Shown: positions 56,427-64,000 of the stretch, piece after piece
Layout of the letters: each line of letters begins with the position of its first letter
Position numbering within the stretch: the stretch's first letter is position 1
Sequence record: LC727701.1
Direction: 5' to 3' (one strand)
DNA: 64,000 nt
The notes under the pieces: model-generated
The model's database searches: none
What the model was told of the DNA's origin: nothing
What the model saw: the letters and a program-made list of their open reading frames with translations, nothing else
Made by a program: the position numbers and the translations under genes

Positions 56427-56729
56427 AGCGTCGATACTTTCTTAGGAAAACCCTTTAATATCACGTTCTACAGTCTGCTGACCCATATGTTAGCTAACCA
56501 AATGAATATGGTAGCTGAAGAGTTTATCTGGACTGGTGGTGATGTACATATTTACTCTAACCACCAAGAACAAACCGATCTTCAATTAACTCGTGAACCG
56601 AAGGTTCTACCTACCATTCGTTTTAAAGAAGAAGCTATTGGTAAAGATATTCGGGAAATTGGTGTAGATGATTTTGTTATCGAGAACTACGAATATCATC
56701 CACACATTGCTGGTAAAGTTGCTGTCTAA
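56427..56729 (+). CDS. thyA: Thymidylate synthase, exon 2 (100 aa)
   Basis: SVDTFLGKPFNITFYSLLTHMLA, GDVHIYSNH, YHPHIAGKVAV; in frame with exon 1 after splicing (457 aa total). Confidence 0.95.
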   Translation, partial: SVDTFLGKPFNITFYSLLTHMLANQMNMVAEEFIWTGGDVHIYSNHQEQTDLQLTREPKVLPTIRFKEEAIGKDIREIGVDDFVIENYEYHPHIAGKVAV

Positions 56730-56762
56730 CATAAATGCCTCCCTTCGGGGAGGCTTTATTTC
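56729..56762 (+). terminator. Intrinsic terminator, UUCG-loop family
   Basis: 34 bp identical to 21624-21657. Confidence 0.85.
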
Positions 56763-56836
56763 CCTTGGAGAAATTCGATGTTCATGTATCTGGATATCGG
56801 TAAAGAAGAGAAATTTCGAATGATTAAGGTGACCAC

Positions 56837-57673
56837 ATGATTGATCCACGACATCCAGTTAGCGATGAGATGCGCGCAATCATCGATGCTGAACTTAATC
56901 GCATCGAAAAGAAATATGGTGTAAAGATTATTTATGCTTGTGAGTCCGGTAGTCGTGGATGGGGCTTTGCTTCAACCAATAGTGACTATGACGTTCGTTT
57001 CATTTACGTTAACCATCCGAGTCATTATGTTCGTGTGGATAATGAAGCACGTGATACTATTGAAGAGATGGTGTCTAAAGAACTAGACCTAGCTGGTTGG
57101 AGTATCACTAAGACTCTTCAGCTTGCTTACAAGTCTAACCCCACTCTCTTGGAATGGCTAAACTCCCCAATCGTTTACCGTAAGGTTGATCGGGACTACA
57201 AGTTAATCCGTGATGCTGCGCTAAAGCACTTCATCCCTGAATCGAGTTACATGCATTATATCTCGATGGCCAAACAAACCAAAATGCGTTGGTTGTCAGA
57301 TGAGAAAGTCCGGATGAAGAAATACTTCTATTCTCTTCGTCCTCTGTTGGCTGCAATGTGGGTCCGTGAAAGTCTGGAACATCCACCGATGGTATTCCAT
57401 GATCTACTGCCTCTTCTAACAGATCCTATCCTTTATAAACGTATCCAAGAACTGGTTAATGATAAGGTTGGGGCTACTGAACAGGATCTGATAGATCGTT
57501 GCCCTATATTAGATCAGTTCATCGATTTTCAATTGAGTCGTGAGAAACCAGACTTCGGTAAATACGAACGTCCGGACATCTATGCACTTACCGATCTAGC
57601 CTGGCATTTTGTTGACCAGTACAAGATCGACACATTCGCGAAACTACAGGGCATCGAACGAAGAAAATATTAG
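56837..57673 (+). CDS. Pol-beta-superfamily nucleotidyltransferase, YcgL/RlaP-like
   Basis: ACESGSRGWGFASTNSDYDVRFIY, DLAGW, KSNPTLLEWLNSPIVY, KKYFYSLRPLLA; AAGGTG RBS. Confidence 0.88.
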   Translation: MIDPRHPVSDEMRAIIDAELNRIEKKYGVKIIYACESGSRGWGFASTNSDYDVRFIYVNHPSHYVRVDNEARDTIEEMVSKELDLAGWSITKTLQLAYKSNPTLLEWLNSPIVYRKVDRDYKLIRDAALKHFIPESSYMHYISMAKQTKMRWLSDEKVRMKKYFYSLRPLLAAMWVRESLEHPPMVFHDLLPLLTDPILYKRIQELVNDKVGATEQDLIDRCPILDQFIDFQLSREKPDFGKYERPDIYALTDLAWHFVDQYKIDTFAKLQGIERRKY

Positions 57674-57722
57674 TCAATAAAGAAAAAAGTTTAATACCAT
57701 CTTATTAAAAGGAAAATATTTT

Positions 57723-58223
57723 ATGCTATTTAAAGATGAACTATGCATCGAAAATATCTTAGTAAAAGAAAAACTATATCTAGTTAAAAATATTGGTCGG
57801 ACTCGTGAGGTATATCCTAATCCAGAAGTAATGTATAAGGATATTAAGAAGTTCACTAAAACGTATGGCGTGATTCCAATGCAGTTCTTAGGGCCACTAC
57901 TTCATGAAATCGTTGAACGAGAAGATTTCGCCCTAAGAGAAAAAGAAGCACAGAAATTCATTGATAATAATCCTTATACTTTAGTTGAACCTATCGGTAA
58001 TATTCATCTTGACTACGTTATTCGTAATTATATTATCCCAACTACTACTGATCCAGATTGTAATAAATTCACTATTAATCTTTATAAGTATAAAGAATTT
58101 TTAGAAGAGGTTACTAATAGGTTAAACATGCGACCTTTTTGGGCTGGCTGGATGCCTAATCGTAATTACTTACTGGCGATGCGTGAACGTCTACTTACCA
58201 TCCAGGATATTGTGGAAAATTAA
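57723..58223 (+). CDS. Hypothetical protein (166 aa)
   Basis: AAGGA RBS. Confidence 0.75.
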   Translation: MLFKDELCIENILVKEKLYLVKNIGRTREVYPNPEVMYKDIKKFTKTYGVIPMQFLGPLLHEIVEREDFALREKEAQKFIDNNPYTLVEPIGNIHLDYVIRNYIIPTTTDPDCNKFTINLYKYKEFLEEVTNRLNMRPFWAGWMPNRNYLLAMRERLLTIQDIVEN

Positions 58224-58322
58224 TGAAGTTTAGAATGTTAAAAGTTAATGTATTCAATTTACTCTACTACATACTTTACCCTACTCCATATTGGGGTAGG
58301 GGTATTAAGGTGGGGTATAAAT

Positions 58323-58616
58323 ATGTCAAGCAACAAACTATCTGCACAACTTAATCGTCATCACAATACTCGTATAGTTAATTATTATGTTTCACTAGCC
58401 GCGAGTCGTTATAATGACACTAATCCTTCAGCAAAGGCTAAAGGTAAATGGCGTAAACATAATCCGTTTAACTGCGGTAGGTCTCGTTGTATGCTATGTG
58501 GTAATCCGCGTAAACATTGGAATAGGATTACTCTTAATGAATTAAAAATAAATATTTCATTAAAAGAGCAACTCAATGATCTTTATGTAGATTATACTAC
58601 GCTGACTGAGGATTAA
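58323..58616 (+). CDS. Small basic protein with a putative Zn-binding H-x4-C-x4-C-x2-C motif (97 aa)
   Basis: GGGGT RBS favours ATG 58323; KHNPFNCGRSRCMLCGNPRK. Confidence 0.7.
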   Translation: MSSNKLSAQLNRHHNTRIVNYYVSLAASRYNDTNPSAKAKGKWRKHNPFNCGRSRCMLCGNPRKHWNRITLNELKINISLKEQLNDLYVDYTTLTED

Positions 58617-58687
58617 ATTATGCATGAAGAATATGAAGCAATTTAATAGTTTAGATTAACCATTTGAAATAAATTTGGAATTAGCAA

Positions 58688-58810
58688 ATGAAAGTTAAAA
58701 ATAAGCAACAGCCTAAGTTTGTCAATCTAGCTACTATGCAAGCTGCTTGGCGGCTTAATAATGCAGAACTCAAAGCTAAACGTGAAGCTAAAGAAAAGCA
58801 AAAAGAATAA
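58688..58810 (+). CDS. 40-aa basic peptide missing from the ORF track
   Basis: MKVKNKQQPKFVNLATMQAAWRLNNAELKAKREAKEKQKE; stop is followed by a terminator. Confidence 0.5.
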   Translation: MKVKNKQQPKFVNLATMQAAWRLNNAELKAKREAKEKQKE

Positions 58811-58824
58811 AACTATTTAGTTGC

Positions 58825-58860
58825 ATAAAGAGAGAGGAATTTATCCTCTCTCTTTTTATG
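58825..58860 (+). terminator. Intrinsic terminator
   Basis: CATAAAGAGAGAGGA-ATTTA-TCCTCTCTCTTTTTATG. Confidence 0.85.
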
Positions 58861-58996
58861 TTGTTTTATAATTTGTATACTACAGGTATATTTCAATATG
58901 GAATCTTACTTACACGTACCATTCTAGATAGAAATATCCTAACTGATATGTTTGTTCTTTATTCTCGGATCACTGAACCTAAAGAGGATTTTTAAG

Positions 58997-59479
58997 ATGG
59001 TTGAGCATTTAAATAAAGATAACTTCTTTTCATGGGGTGCTGTAGTAGGTGGTGCGCTATTACAGTATTTTGAAAATGGTAAACTTGAAGGTGGGTATGA
59101 TATATTTAAATTCAGTGATGATGTCAACGGCCTAGTTATTACAGGTGGTATAACGCATCGAAAAAATATCGGGATCCTGAGTGGTCAAGGTGATGATGAA
59201 GATCTGTTTTTAGTATTTGTCATAAGTAATACCAATAATCCATATGTCGTATGGTATTATGATATTTATAAAGATAATGAAGGTATTTGTTTTACGAATG
59301 CTTCACCTACCAGTGGTCGTATTTTTAAATCAGATACTGATGAAAATAATGACCTGTCGATAAGTCAATTACTTAAAGTAGTTAAATACCTAGTAGATGA
59401 ACGAGTCCGTTTAAATAAAAATATAGTTAATTTACCAGGTTATGAAATCATTGAAGAAGATAAAGACTTTCAACTATAA
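58997..59479 (+). CDS. Hypothetical protein (160 aa)
   Basis: AGAGGA RBS 8 nt before ATG 58997. Confidence 0.75.
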   Translation: MVEHLNKDNFFSWGAVVGGALLQYFENGKLEGGYDIFKFSDDVNGLVITGGITHRKNIGILSGQGDDEDLFLVFVISNTNNPYVVWYYDIYKDNEGICFTNASPTSGRIFKSDTDENNDLSISQLLKVVKYLVDERVRLNKNIVNLPGYEIIEEDKDFQL

Positions 59480-59499
59480 TAAGTCTTTTACAAAGTTAC

Positions 59500-59545
59500 C
59501 ATAAAGGCCTCCCTTCGGGGAGGCCTTTATATTGTGTTTTTTTGT
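59500..59545 (+). terminator. Intrinsic terminator, UUCG loop
   Basis: ATAAAGGCCTCCC-TTCG-GGGAGGCCTTTAT. Confidence 0.9.
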
Positions 59546-59585
59546 ATTCAAACATATTTAAACAGTATATTACTAATATGAATTC
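59540..59585 (+). promoter_or_regulatory. phiKZ-type early promoter (class B context)
   Basis: TTTAAACAG-TATATTAC at 59566-59573. Confidence 0.85.
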
Positions 59586-59609
59586 AATCTTGAAAAAAGG
59601 AGATATATC

Positions 59610-59939
59610 ATGAATGTGTCAACTATTTCCACTGGTGTTCTGGTACTAGGTGGCATCGCATTTGGTTACCATCTCTTTGATGGGGCACGCTCCATTTATA
59701 AAGAATGGTCGATGGAATACATTTACAAAAAGCAAATGGCTAAGGTAAAGGAGCAGCTTACCGAATATGAAAACAAGTATGTTGAGATTCCATCAATAGC
59801 TGAAATAAATATCTATATCGAACCAGTTCTAACTGAAGCTTTAAATAAACTTGATCGGTATAGTTACAACTGCTTCTTACATGATGTCGAACAGTACATC
59901 GAGTTTATTATTGATAATTATCGTGTAGTTAATCGATAA
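59610..59939 (+). CDS. Early membrane-anchored protein (109 aa), possibly phiKZ gp241-like
   Basis: AAGGAG RBS; single-gene early unit; N-terminal GVLVLGGIAFGYHLF helix; gp number by counting from thyA only. Confidence 0.7.
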   Translation: MNVSTISTGVLVLGGIAFGYHLFDGARSIYKEWSMEYIYKKQMAKVKEQLTEYENKYVEIPSIAEINIYIEPVLTEALNKLDRYSYNCFLHDVEQYIEFIIDNYRVVNR

Positions 59940-59951
59940 TAAGAGCATATG

Positions 59952-60006
59952 GCCCTCCCTTCGGGGAGGGCTATTGCACTAAATTTTATTTGAGATATAT
60001 ATTACA
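59952..60006 (+). repeat. Terminator plus early-promoter cassette, copy 2
   Basis: 45 bp identical to 44266-44310; TATATTAC at 59998-60005. Confidence 0.9.
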
Positions 60007-60050
60007 TGTGTGTATTACAAAATCAAATTAATGTGTCGAGGTTTTAATAG

Positions 60051-60488
60051 ATGGACGTAGTTACTAACATTTGGGAGGACGTTCTTACGAACGTGCATCA
60101 CAAACTAAAGGTAATGGCCACTACTGCTGGCGATGTCATTCATATAGTGGAACCCAAATTAAATGAAATGATTAAATCGAATATTAATCAACTACAGACA
60201 GAAAGGTATAGTCTTAGTTTAAACAAAACTAAAGACAATAAATACTACGCAAAATACCATGATAATCATCATGGCTGGGATGTTTATTTATTTGTTGAAC
60301 AAACTAGGTATGGGGCTATTGTTGGTAGTGGGTTACGCCATCGTGCTAAAGAAGCTTGGGGGCTTAATAAATTCAGAGAATATAATCTTATCAAAGTAAG
60401 GTGTACTCGACAAAATAGTGTTGTTGATAGTATTGTCTTCTTCGATGATCCATCTGAATATTTTCTTAGAGCTGTAAATAAATTTTAA
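60051..60488 (+). CDS. Hypothetical early protein (145 aa)
   Basis: GAGGT RBS; first gene after early promoter. Confidence 0.8.
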   Translation: MDVVTNIWEDVLTNVHHKLKVMATTAGDVIHIVEPKLNEMIKSNINQLQTERYSLSLNKTKDNKYYAKYHDNHHGWDVYLFVEQTRYGAIVGSGLRHRAKEAWGLNKFREYNLIKVRCTRQNSVVDSIVFFDDPSEYFLRAVNKF

Positions 60489-60508
60489 ATTAACTAAAAG
60501 GTAAAAAA

Positions 60509-61405
60509 ATGAATAATCTACAAGTTAATACCACTATTAAAGAATTACATAAACTTTTAATCTGTAATATTATTGATGGTAAACTAATTGAATATAATGA
60601 TATTGTGAAAGAACTGAAAATTACTAATGATGAATTAGATAATCTACTAATAGCTATTTCAAAGCTATCTGATACACCAATTAATAATATCTTTAAATCA
60701 CTTTCACTAGCAATTGATCTACGTACAATTACATCCGTCATTGAAAAACTTAGTAATTCTACGAAACTATCTAAAAAAGAAATCCAGCTAGATCTGTTAA
60801 CTAGGTTAGGAATAAAAGATAATTATTTTTCGAATAGTTTTACCAACGTGTATCATGAACTAAGTGATATTATCAAAAAGCTTGAATATAGTGATAAACT
60901 ATATCAATCAGATTATCAAAACTTTATTATTGATAAAGTAACTAGTCATTTTAAAGATGTATTATATTCAGCTGGTTATGCAATCAATGATATTTATAAG
61001 TACACTGATTCTAAAGTAGTTAATGTAGATGAAAATGGACTATTGATAGGTATGAGCATTACCAATTATGACTTCCATAATGAGGACGAACCAATTAGAA
61101 CTATTGGTTTTTCATTAATTGATGAAACTAAGGGTTGTGTTGGAAAATCTGAAACTATTAAAAAGTTTGATGTTGAATATTTTCTTAATGCAATGGATAC
61201 TATCAATATTAACCCTGCTGTTATTATTTTTTCAAATCAGTATCGAGAAAAAGACTTAGCCATTCATAATGCTATCATGAATGAATTTAAGGTGAACAAG
61301 ATTTCAAATAATACACGTGACAATATAGTATCTTATCATACTGTCATGATGGGGCATAACTGTATTATCTCATTTAATCACAATGGGTTCCTATTGAAAA
61401 TTTAA
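60509..61405 (+). CDS. Hypothetical low-GC protein (298 aa)
   Basis: AAGGT RBS; very AT-rich codons. Confidence 0.7.
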
Positions 61406-61462
61406 TAGAATATCAATTAAAAATTATCTTATGTAGTTTATCTAATTAAGGAAACAAAAAGA

Positions 61463-61819
61463 ATGCCAACTTATATTGAATTAATCAATATTGTCAATGA
61501 TGATACTCCTGTAGATGATGCAGTTATTAGTGATCTGATGAGTCAAATGAATGATAAACAAACTGTTCTTGACAGTTGTCGTATCAATCATAAAGGCTAT
61601 GCTTATTTTAAGTTCCATGTTAAGGGATCAATTAGTAAGGATAAACTTAAGGCTCTAAATGAAACTTTAAAAGATTCTAATCTTGTTGTGACTGATGCTA
61701 GTACACAACGTGGTTTCATGCCACCTAATAAGTTTGATGATATCACTTATACTGAAGAGAGTGTTGGTTATAGGGCAATGGTCTGGACAAGCTTCACTAT
61801 TGAAAAGCTACTTGTATAA
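61463..61819 (+). CDS. Hypothetical protein (118 aa), possibly late-expressed
   Basis: AAGGA RBS; TCTTATGT late-promoter-like motif at 61427-61434; own terminator. Confidence 0.75.
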   Translation: MPTYIELINIVNDDTPVDDAVISDLMSQMNDKQTVLDSCRINHKGYAYFKFHVKGSISKDKLKALNETLKDSNLVVTDASTQRGFMPPNKFDDITYTEESVGYRAMVWTSFTIEKLLV

Positions 61820-61820
61820 T

Positions 61821-61850
61821 AAGAGCCCTTCGGGGCTCTTTCTATTTCGT
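61821..61850 (+). terminator. Intrinsic terminator, UUCG loop
   Basis: AAGAGCCC-TTCG-GGGCTCTT then TCTATTT. Confidence 0.85.
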
Positions 61851-61869
61851 AATTAGGTATCTGTATTAA

Positions 61870-62304
61870 ATGGATAAGTATCCTATTCTACACGCCATGT
61901 CTAAAGAAGAGGCATTTAGACTTTTAGACATGCAGGGTGAGTTTAGAAAAACTCAAATGAAGGAAAGGTATTGGAATGAGGAAACTGGTCTATGGTGGTG
62001 GGAACAACATCCTGATGTTAAATTAAGGATAGTTGCTGCATGTAATAGATGGAAGGATGTTTATTTTATTGCGGCGAGACATTCATCAATCCTAATGACA
62101 CAACAACAGCTAATGTATGGTGGTCTTAAGGTATTGCATGAATATGCAGGTGATGATCATGAACAAGGTTTTATTGATCAGTATGAAAACTTCCACTCTA
62201 GGAAAGAAGCAGTAATTATCGCTAAGAATAATAATCAGTTATATCGAGCTGAATTAGAAAATAGGTTAGTAACCAAATATTTATTTAGTGAAGACCTATA
62301 TTAG
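61870..62304 (+). CDS. Widespread phage protein of unknown function (QGF..SRKEA..LFSEDLY family)
   Basis: IVAAC, ARH, EQGFIDQYENFHSRKEAVIIAKNNNQL, LFSEDLY. Confidence 0.75.
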   Translation: MDKYPILHAMSKEEAFRLLDMQGEFRKTQMKERYWNEETGLWWWEQHPDVKLRIVAACNRWKDVYFIAARHSSILMTQQQLMYGGLKVLHEYAGDDHEQGFIDQYENFHSRKEAVIIAKNNNQLYRAELENRLVTKYLFSEDLY

Positions 62305-62334
62305 GTTTCCAATAATTTAAATAGGAATATAGCT

Positions 62335-62991
62335 ATGCTAATGAATGAAATTATCGATATTCTAGAAGGAGGGAAAGAGAATATTCTCTTAACTAACCAT
62401 CTAGGTAATGGCAAATACTCCAATGCAGGTAATGCACTGGCTGCGTCATATGCCATTGCGGCACATACTGCTGTTGGTCAATTGCGGGATGGCTCAGGAA
62501 AACCTTACTGGCATCATTTATTACAAGTAGCTGAGATGGCCCAATTATTCGACCTATCTCACGCTGCTTATAAAGCAGCATGGCTACATGATGTAATTGA
62601 GGATACTGCTGTAACCGCTTCTGATCTAACTAAACTGTTCTCAATTTCTGTTGTTAATCTAGTAACTGAACTAACGAATGTAACTTACGAAGGTAATCGT
62701 AAAACTAGGATTAGTTTACAACATGAAAGACTTTCTCGTATTTCATGGAGTGGACAATCTCTTAAGTTACTAGATTCCATTTCAAACATGTGGTCGATTG
62801 TTAATGATAAACCTGATTTTGCTGAGCTGTATCTGACTGAGAAAGCTCAACTAATCAGTAAGTTAAATAATTGTCACCCCGCTATTAAAGATCTGGCTAT
62901 ATCTGTTCTCTATGGCAGGTGTACTATGGTTGGTGGGGGTGCACTAAAAGAATATAATAAACTATTTTCTGATAATGAAATTGTATGTTAA
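62335..62991 (+). CDS. RelA/SpoT-type HD small alarmone hydrolase (Mesh1/SAH-like)
   Basis: AIAAHTAVGQLRDGSGKPYWHH, AAWLHDVIEDT, LVTELTN, LKLLDSISN. Confidence 0.88.
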   Translation: MLMNEIIDILEGGKENILLTNHLGNGKYSNAGNALAASYAIAAHTAVGQLRDGSGKPYWHHLLQVAEMAQLFDLSHAAYKAAWLHDVIEDTAVTASDLTKLFSISVVNLVTELTNVTYEGNRKTRISLQHERLSRISWSGQSLKLLDSISNMWSIVNDKPDFAELYLTEKAQLISKLNNCHPAIKDLAISVLYGRCTMVGGGALKEYNKLFSDNEIVC

Positions 62992-63009
62992 AATAATTAC
63001 TTAATATAC

Positions 63010-63050
63010 ACCCTCCCTTCGGGGAGGGTTTTATTTATCTTTTTTTGTAT
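63010..63050 (+). terminator. Intrinsic terminator, UUCG loop
   Basis: ACCCTCCC-TTCG-GGGAGGGT then TTTATTT. Confidence 0.9.
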
Positions 63051-63088
63051 TTAAACTATTTAAAAAGCTATATTACAAATATGAATTT
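63040..63088 (+). promoter_or_regulatory. phiKZ-type early promoter (class B context)
   Basis: TTTAAAAAGC-TATATTAC at 63069-63076 then AAATATGAATT. Confidence 0.85.
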
Positions 63089-63109
63089 AATAACCAAGAG
63101 GGCAATACA

Positions 63110-63373
63110 ATGACTGAACGTTTGAAATCCGTATGGTGCGCTTGCAGCTTACTGCGTGAACGCTGGAGACACATCCAAGACATTGCTGTCGGGGATGAAC
63201 ATTATGTCATAGTAAAAAACGATATGCTGATGGTGTTTCGTGGTCAAGTACCGGTAGGTAGCATGTACCGGGGTGACAGTGACCCACTCATCTACGAGGG
63301 TGGTGCACTGGAAGAATTTACTAAAGTTGTATTGGATTTAGAATTCAATACTCGTGGTGAAACCAATAGTTAA
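63110..63373 (+). CDS. Hypothetical early protein (87 aa)
   Basis: AGAGGG RBS; first gene after early promoter. Confidence 0.8.
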   Translation: MTERLKSVWCACSLLRERWRHIQDIAVGDEHYVIVKNDMLMVFRGQVPVGSMYRGDSDPLIYEGGALEEFTKVVLDLEFNTRGETNS

Positions 63374-63399
63374 TAAAATTAATTTTGAGGTAATTCATT

Positions 63400-63807
63400 A
63401 TGAAATATGTAATTGCATTTATGTTGTCTATTGTAACTATCACTGCTAACTCGGCTGTCATGTACACTAATCGTGATTCATGCATCGAGTTTGTAAAACA
63501 GGCAGATGAATTGTTTGTAAAAGGTGCATCTGTAACTGAAGTGCAAATGAAGACTTATGAAAGGATTCATTATATCCTTAATAACACTAAAGATCTAAAG
63601 ACCAACCAGTCTAAAGTTGAAGAACTCACTGGTCTATTTTACCTATGGTCTAAGGTAGATAAAATGGCAATTGAGGCAAGTTTGCCACGTGCAACAAATG
63701 CTGCTAAAGTCTATAAGACCACTCCTGAGAAATTCATCATTGATGGTTATTTCCAGCGTTGTGTAGCGGCAGGTGCGTTTGAAGCAAAACCACTTACTCT
63801 AAAATAA
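63400..63807 (+). CDS. Secreted helical protein with two Cys (135 aa)
   Basis: GAGGT RBS; signal peptide MKYVIAFMLSIVTITANSA. Confidence 0.8.
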   Translation: MKYVIAFMLSIVTITANSAVMYTNRDSCIEFVKQADELFVKGASVTEVQMKTYERIHYILNNTKDLKTNQSKVEELTGLFYLWSKVDKMAIEASLPRATNAAKVYKTTPEKFIIDGYFQRCVAAGAFEAKPLTLK

Positions 63808-63819
63808 TGGAGGTACAAC

Positions 63820-64000
63820 ATGCTTAAGAATTGGCTATTATTCCTTTTCCTGCCAATCCTGTCCATTGCATGTCAGCCTGCCCACGCTGTAGAAGTGGGT
63901 ATTACTAAGAAATCATGTAATGTGGCAGTAAATCTTTCACAAAAAGCAACTGAGCTTTATGATAAGAACCTATCCCAATTTGAGATAATGATGCAGTTAG
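63820..64000 (+). CDS. 5' part of a secreted protein paralogous to 63400..63807, truncated by the window end
   Basis: GGAGGT RBS; MLKNWLLFLFLPILSIACQPAHA signal; SC..QKATELYDKNLSQFEI aligns with SC..KQADELFVKGASVTEV. Confidence 0.75.
   Translation, partial: MLKNWLLFLFLPILSIACQPAHAVEVGITKKSCNVAVNLSQKATELYDKNLSQFEIMMQL

Noticed and set aside
56487-56729. Stand-alone 80-aa ORF
   Set aside because: It is the 3' part of thyA exon 2, which begins in frame at 56427
60490-60741. Minus-strand 83-aa ORF, and similar antisense ORFs at 38942, 39791, 49638, 53552, 53924, 56607 and 57674
   Set aside because: Overlap better-supported plus-strand genes in a uniformly plus-strand region; no RBS or promoter
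21624-63030. Recurring CCCTTCGGGG sequences as a CRISPR array or REP/IS elements
   Set aside because: Dispersed, always at gene ends, with no regular spacers, cas genes or transposase; they are UUCG-loop terminators

Overview
This window is from an AT-rich, densely coding jumbo-phage genome, very close to Pseudomonas phage phiKZ (Phikzvirus, Chimalliviridae). The assignment rests on gene order and on protein sizes and motifs matching phiKZ gp174-gp24x. All gp numbers are assigned from recalled synteny and size, not from a database search. The left third is the conserved late/virion core: prohead protease (gp175-like), gp176/gp177-like proteins, virion RNA polymerase beta (gp178-like) and beta-prime (gp180-like) subunits, the 2237-aa tape-measure/lytic transglycosylase (gp181-like) and the gp182-like tail protein. 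The rest is mostly plus-strand early/middle accessory genes, split into units by TATATTAC early promoters and GC-rich hairpin terminators. It also holds a minus-strand late block (gp201-203-like, including an SF2 helicase) and a dTTP-supply set (tmk, dcd, thyA). Main observations: (1) a Tad1-like cyclic-nucleotide sponge domain at the end of a late tail operon, fused to an acidic leader with prohead-protease-like sites, so possibly an anti-defence protein packaged into the virion. (2) An unannotated, GC-rich, possibly pseudoknotted ~190-nt RNA element at 35300-35500. (3) A 1090-nt T4-td-like group I intron splitting thyA at the YQR|S site. Its GIY-YIG endonuclease is looped out of P9.1, its best ribosome-binding site points at an out-of-frame ATG, and a GC-richer tract lies just upstream. 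(4) A phage SspB-like ClpXP adaptor that keeps its ClpX-docking tail. (5) A small alarmone hydrolase and an RlaP-like nucleotidyltransferase. No tRNA, rRNA or CRISPR array was seen.
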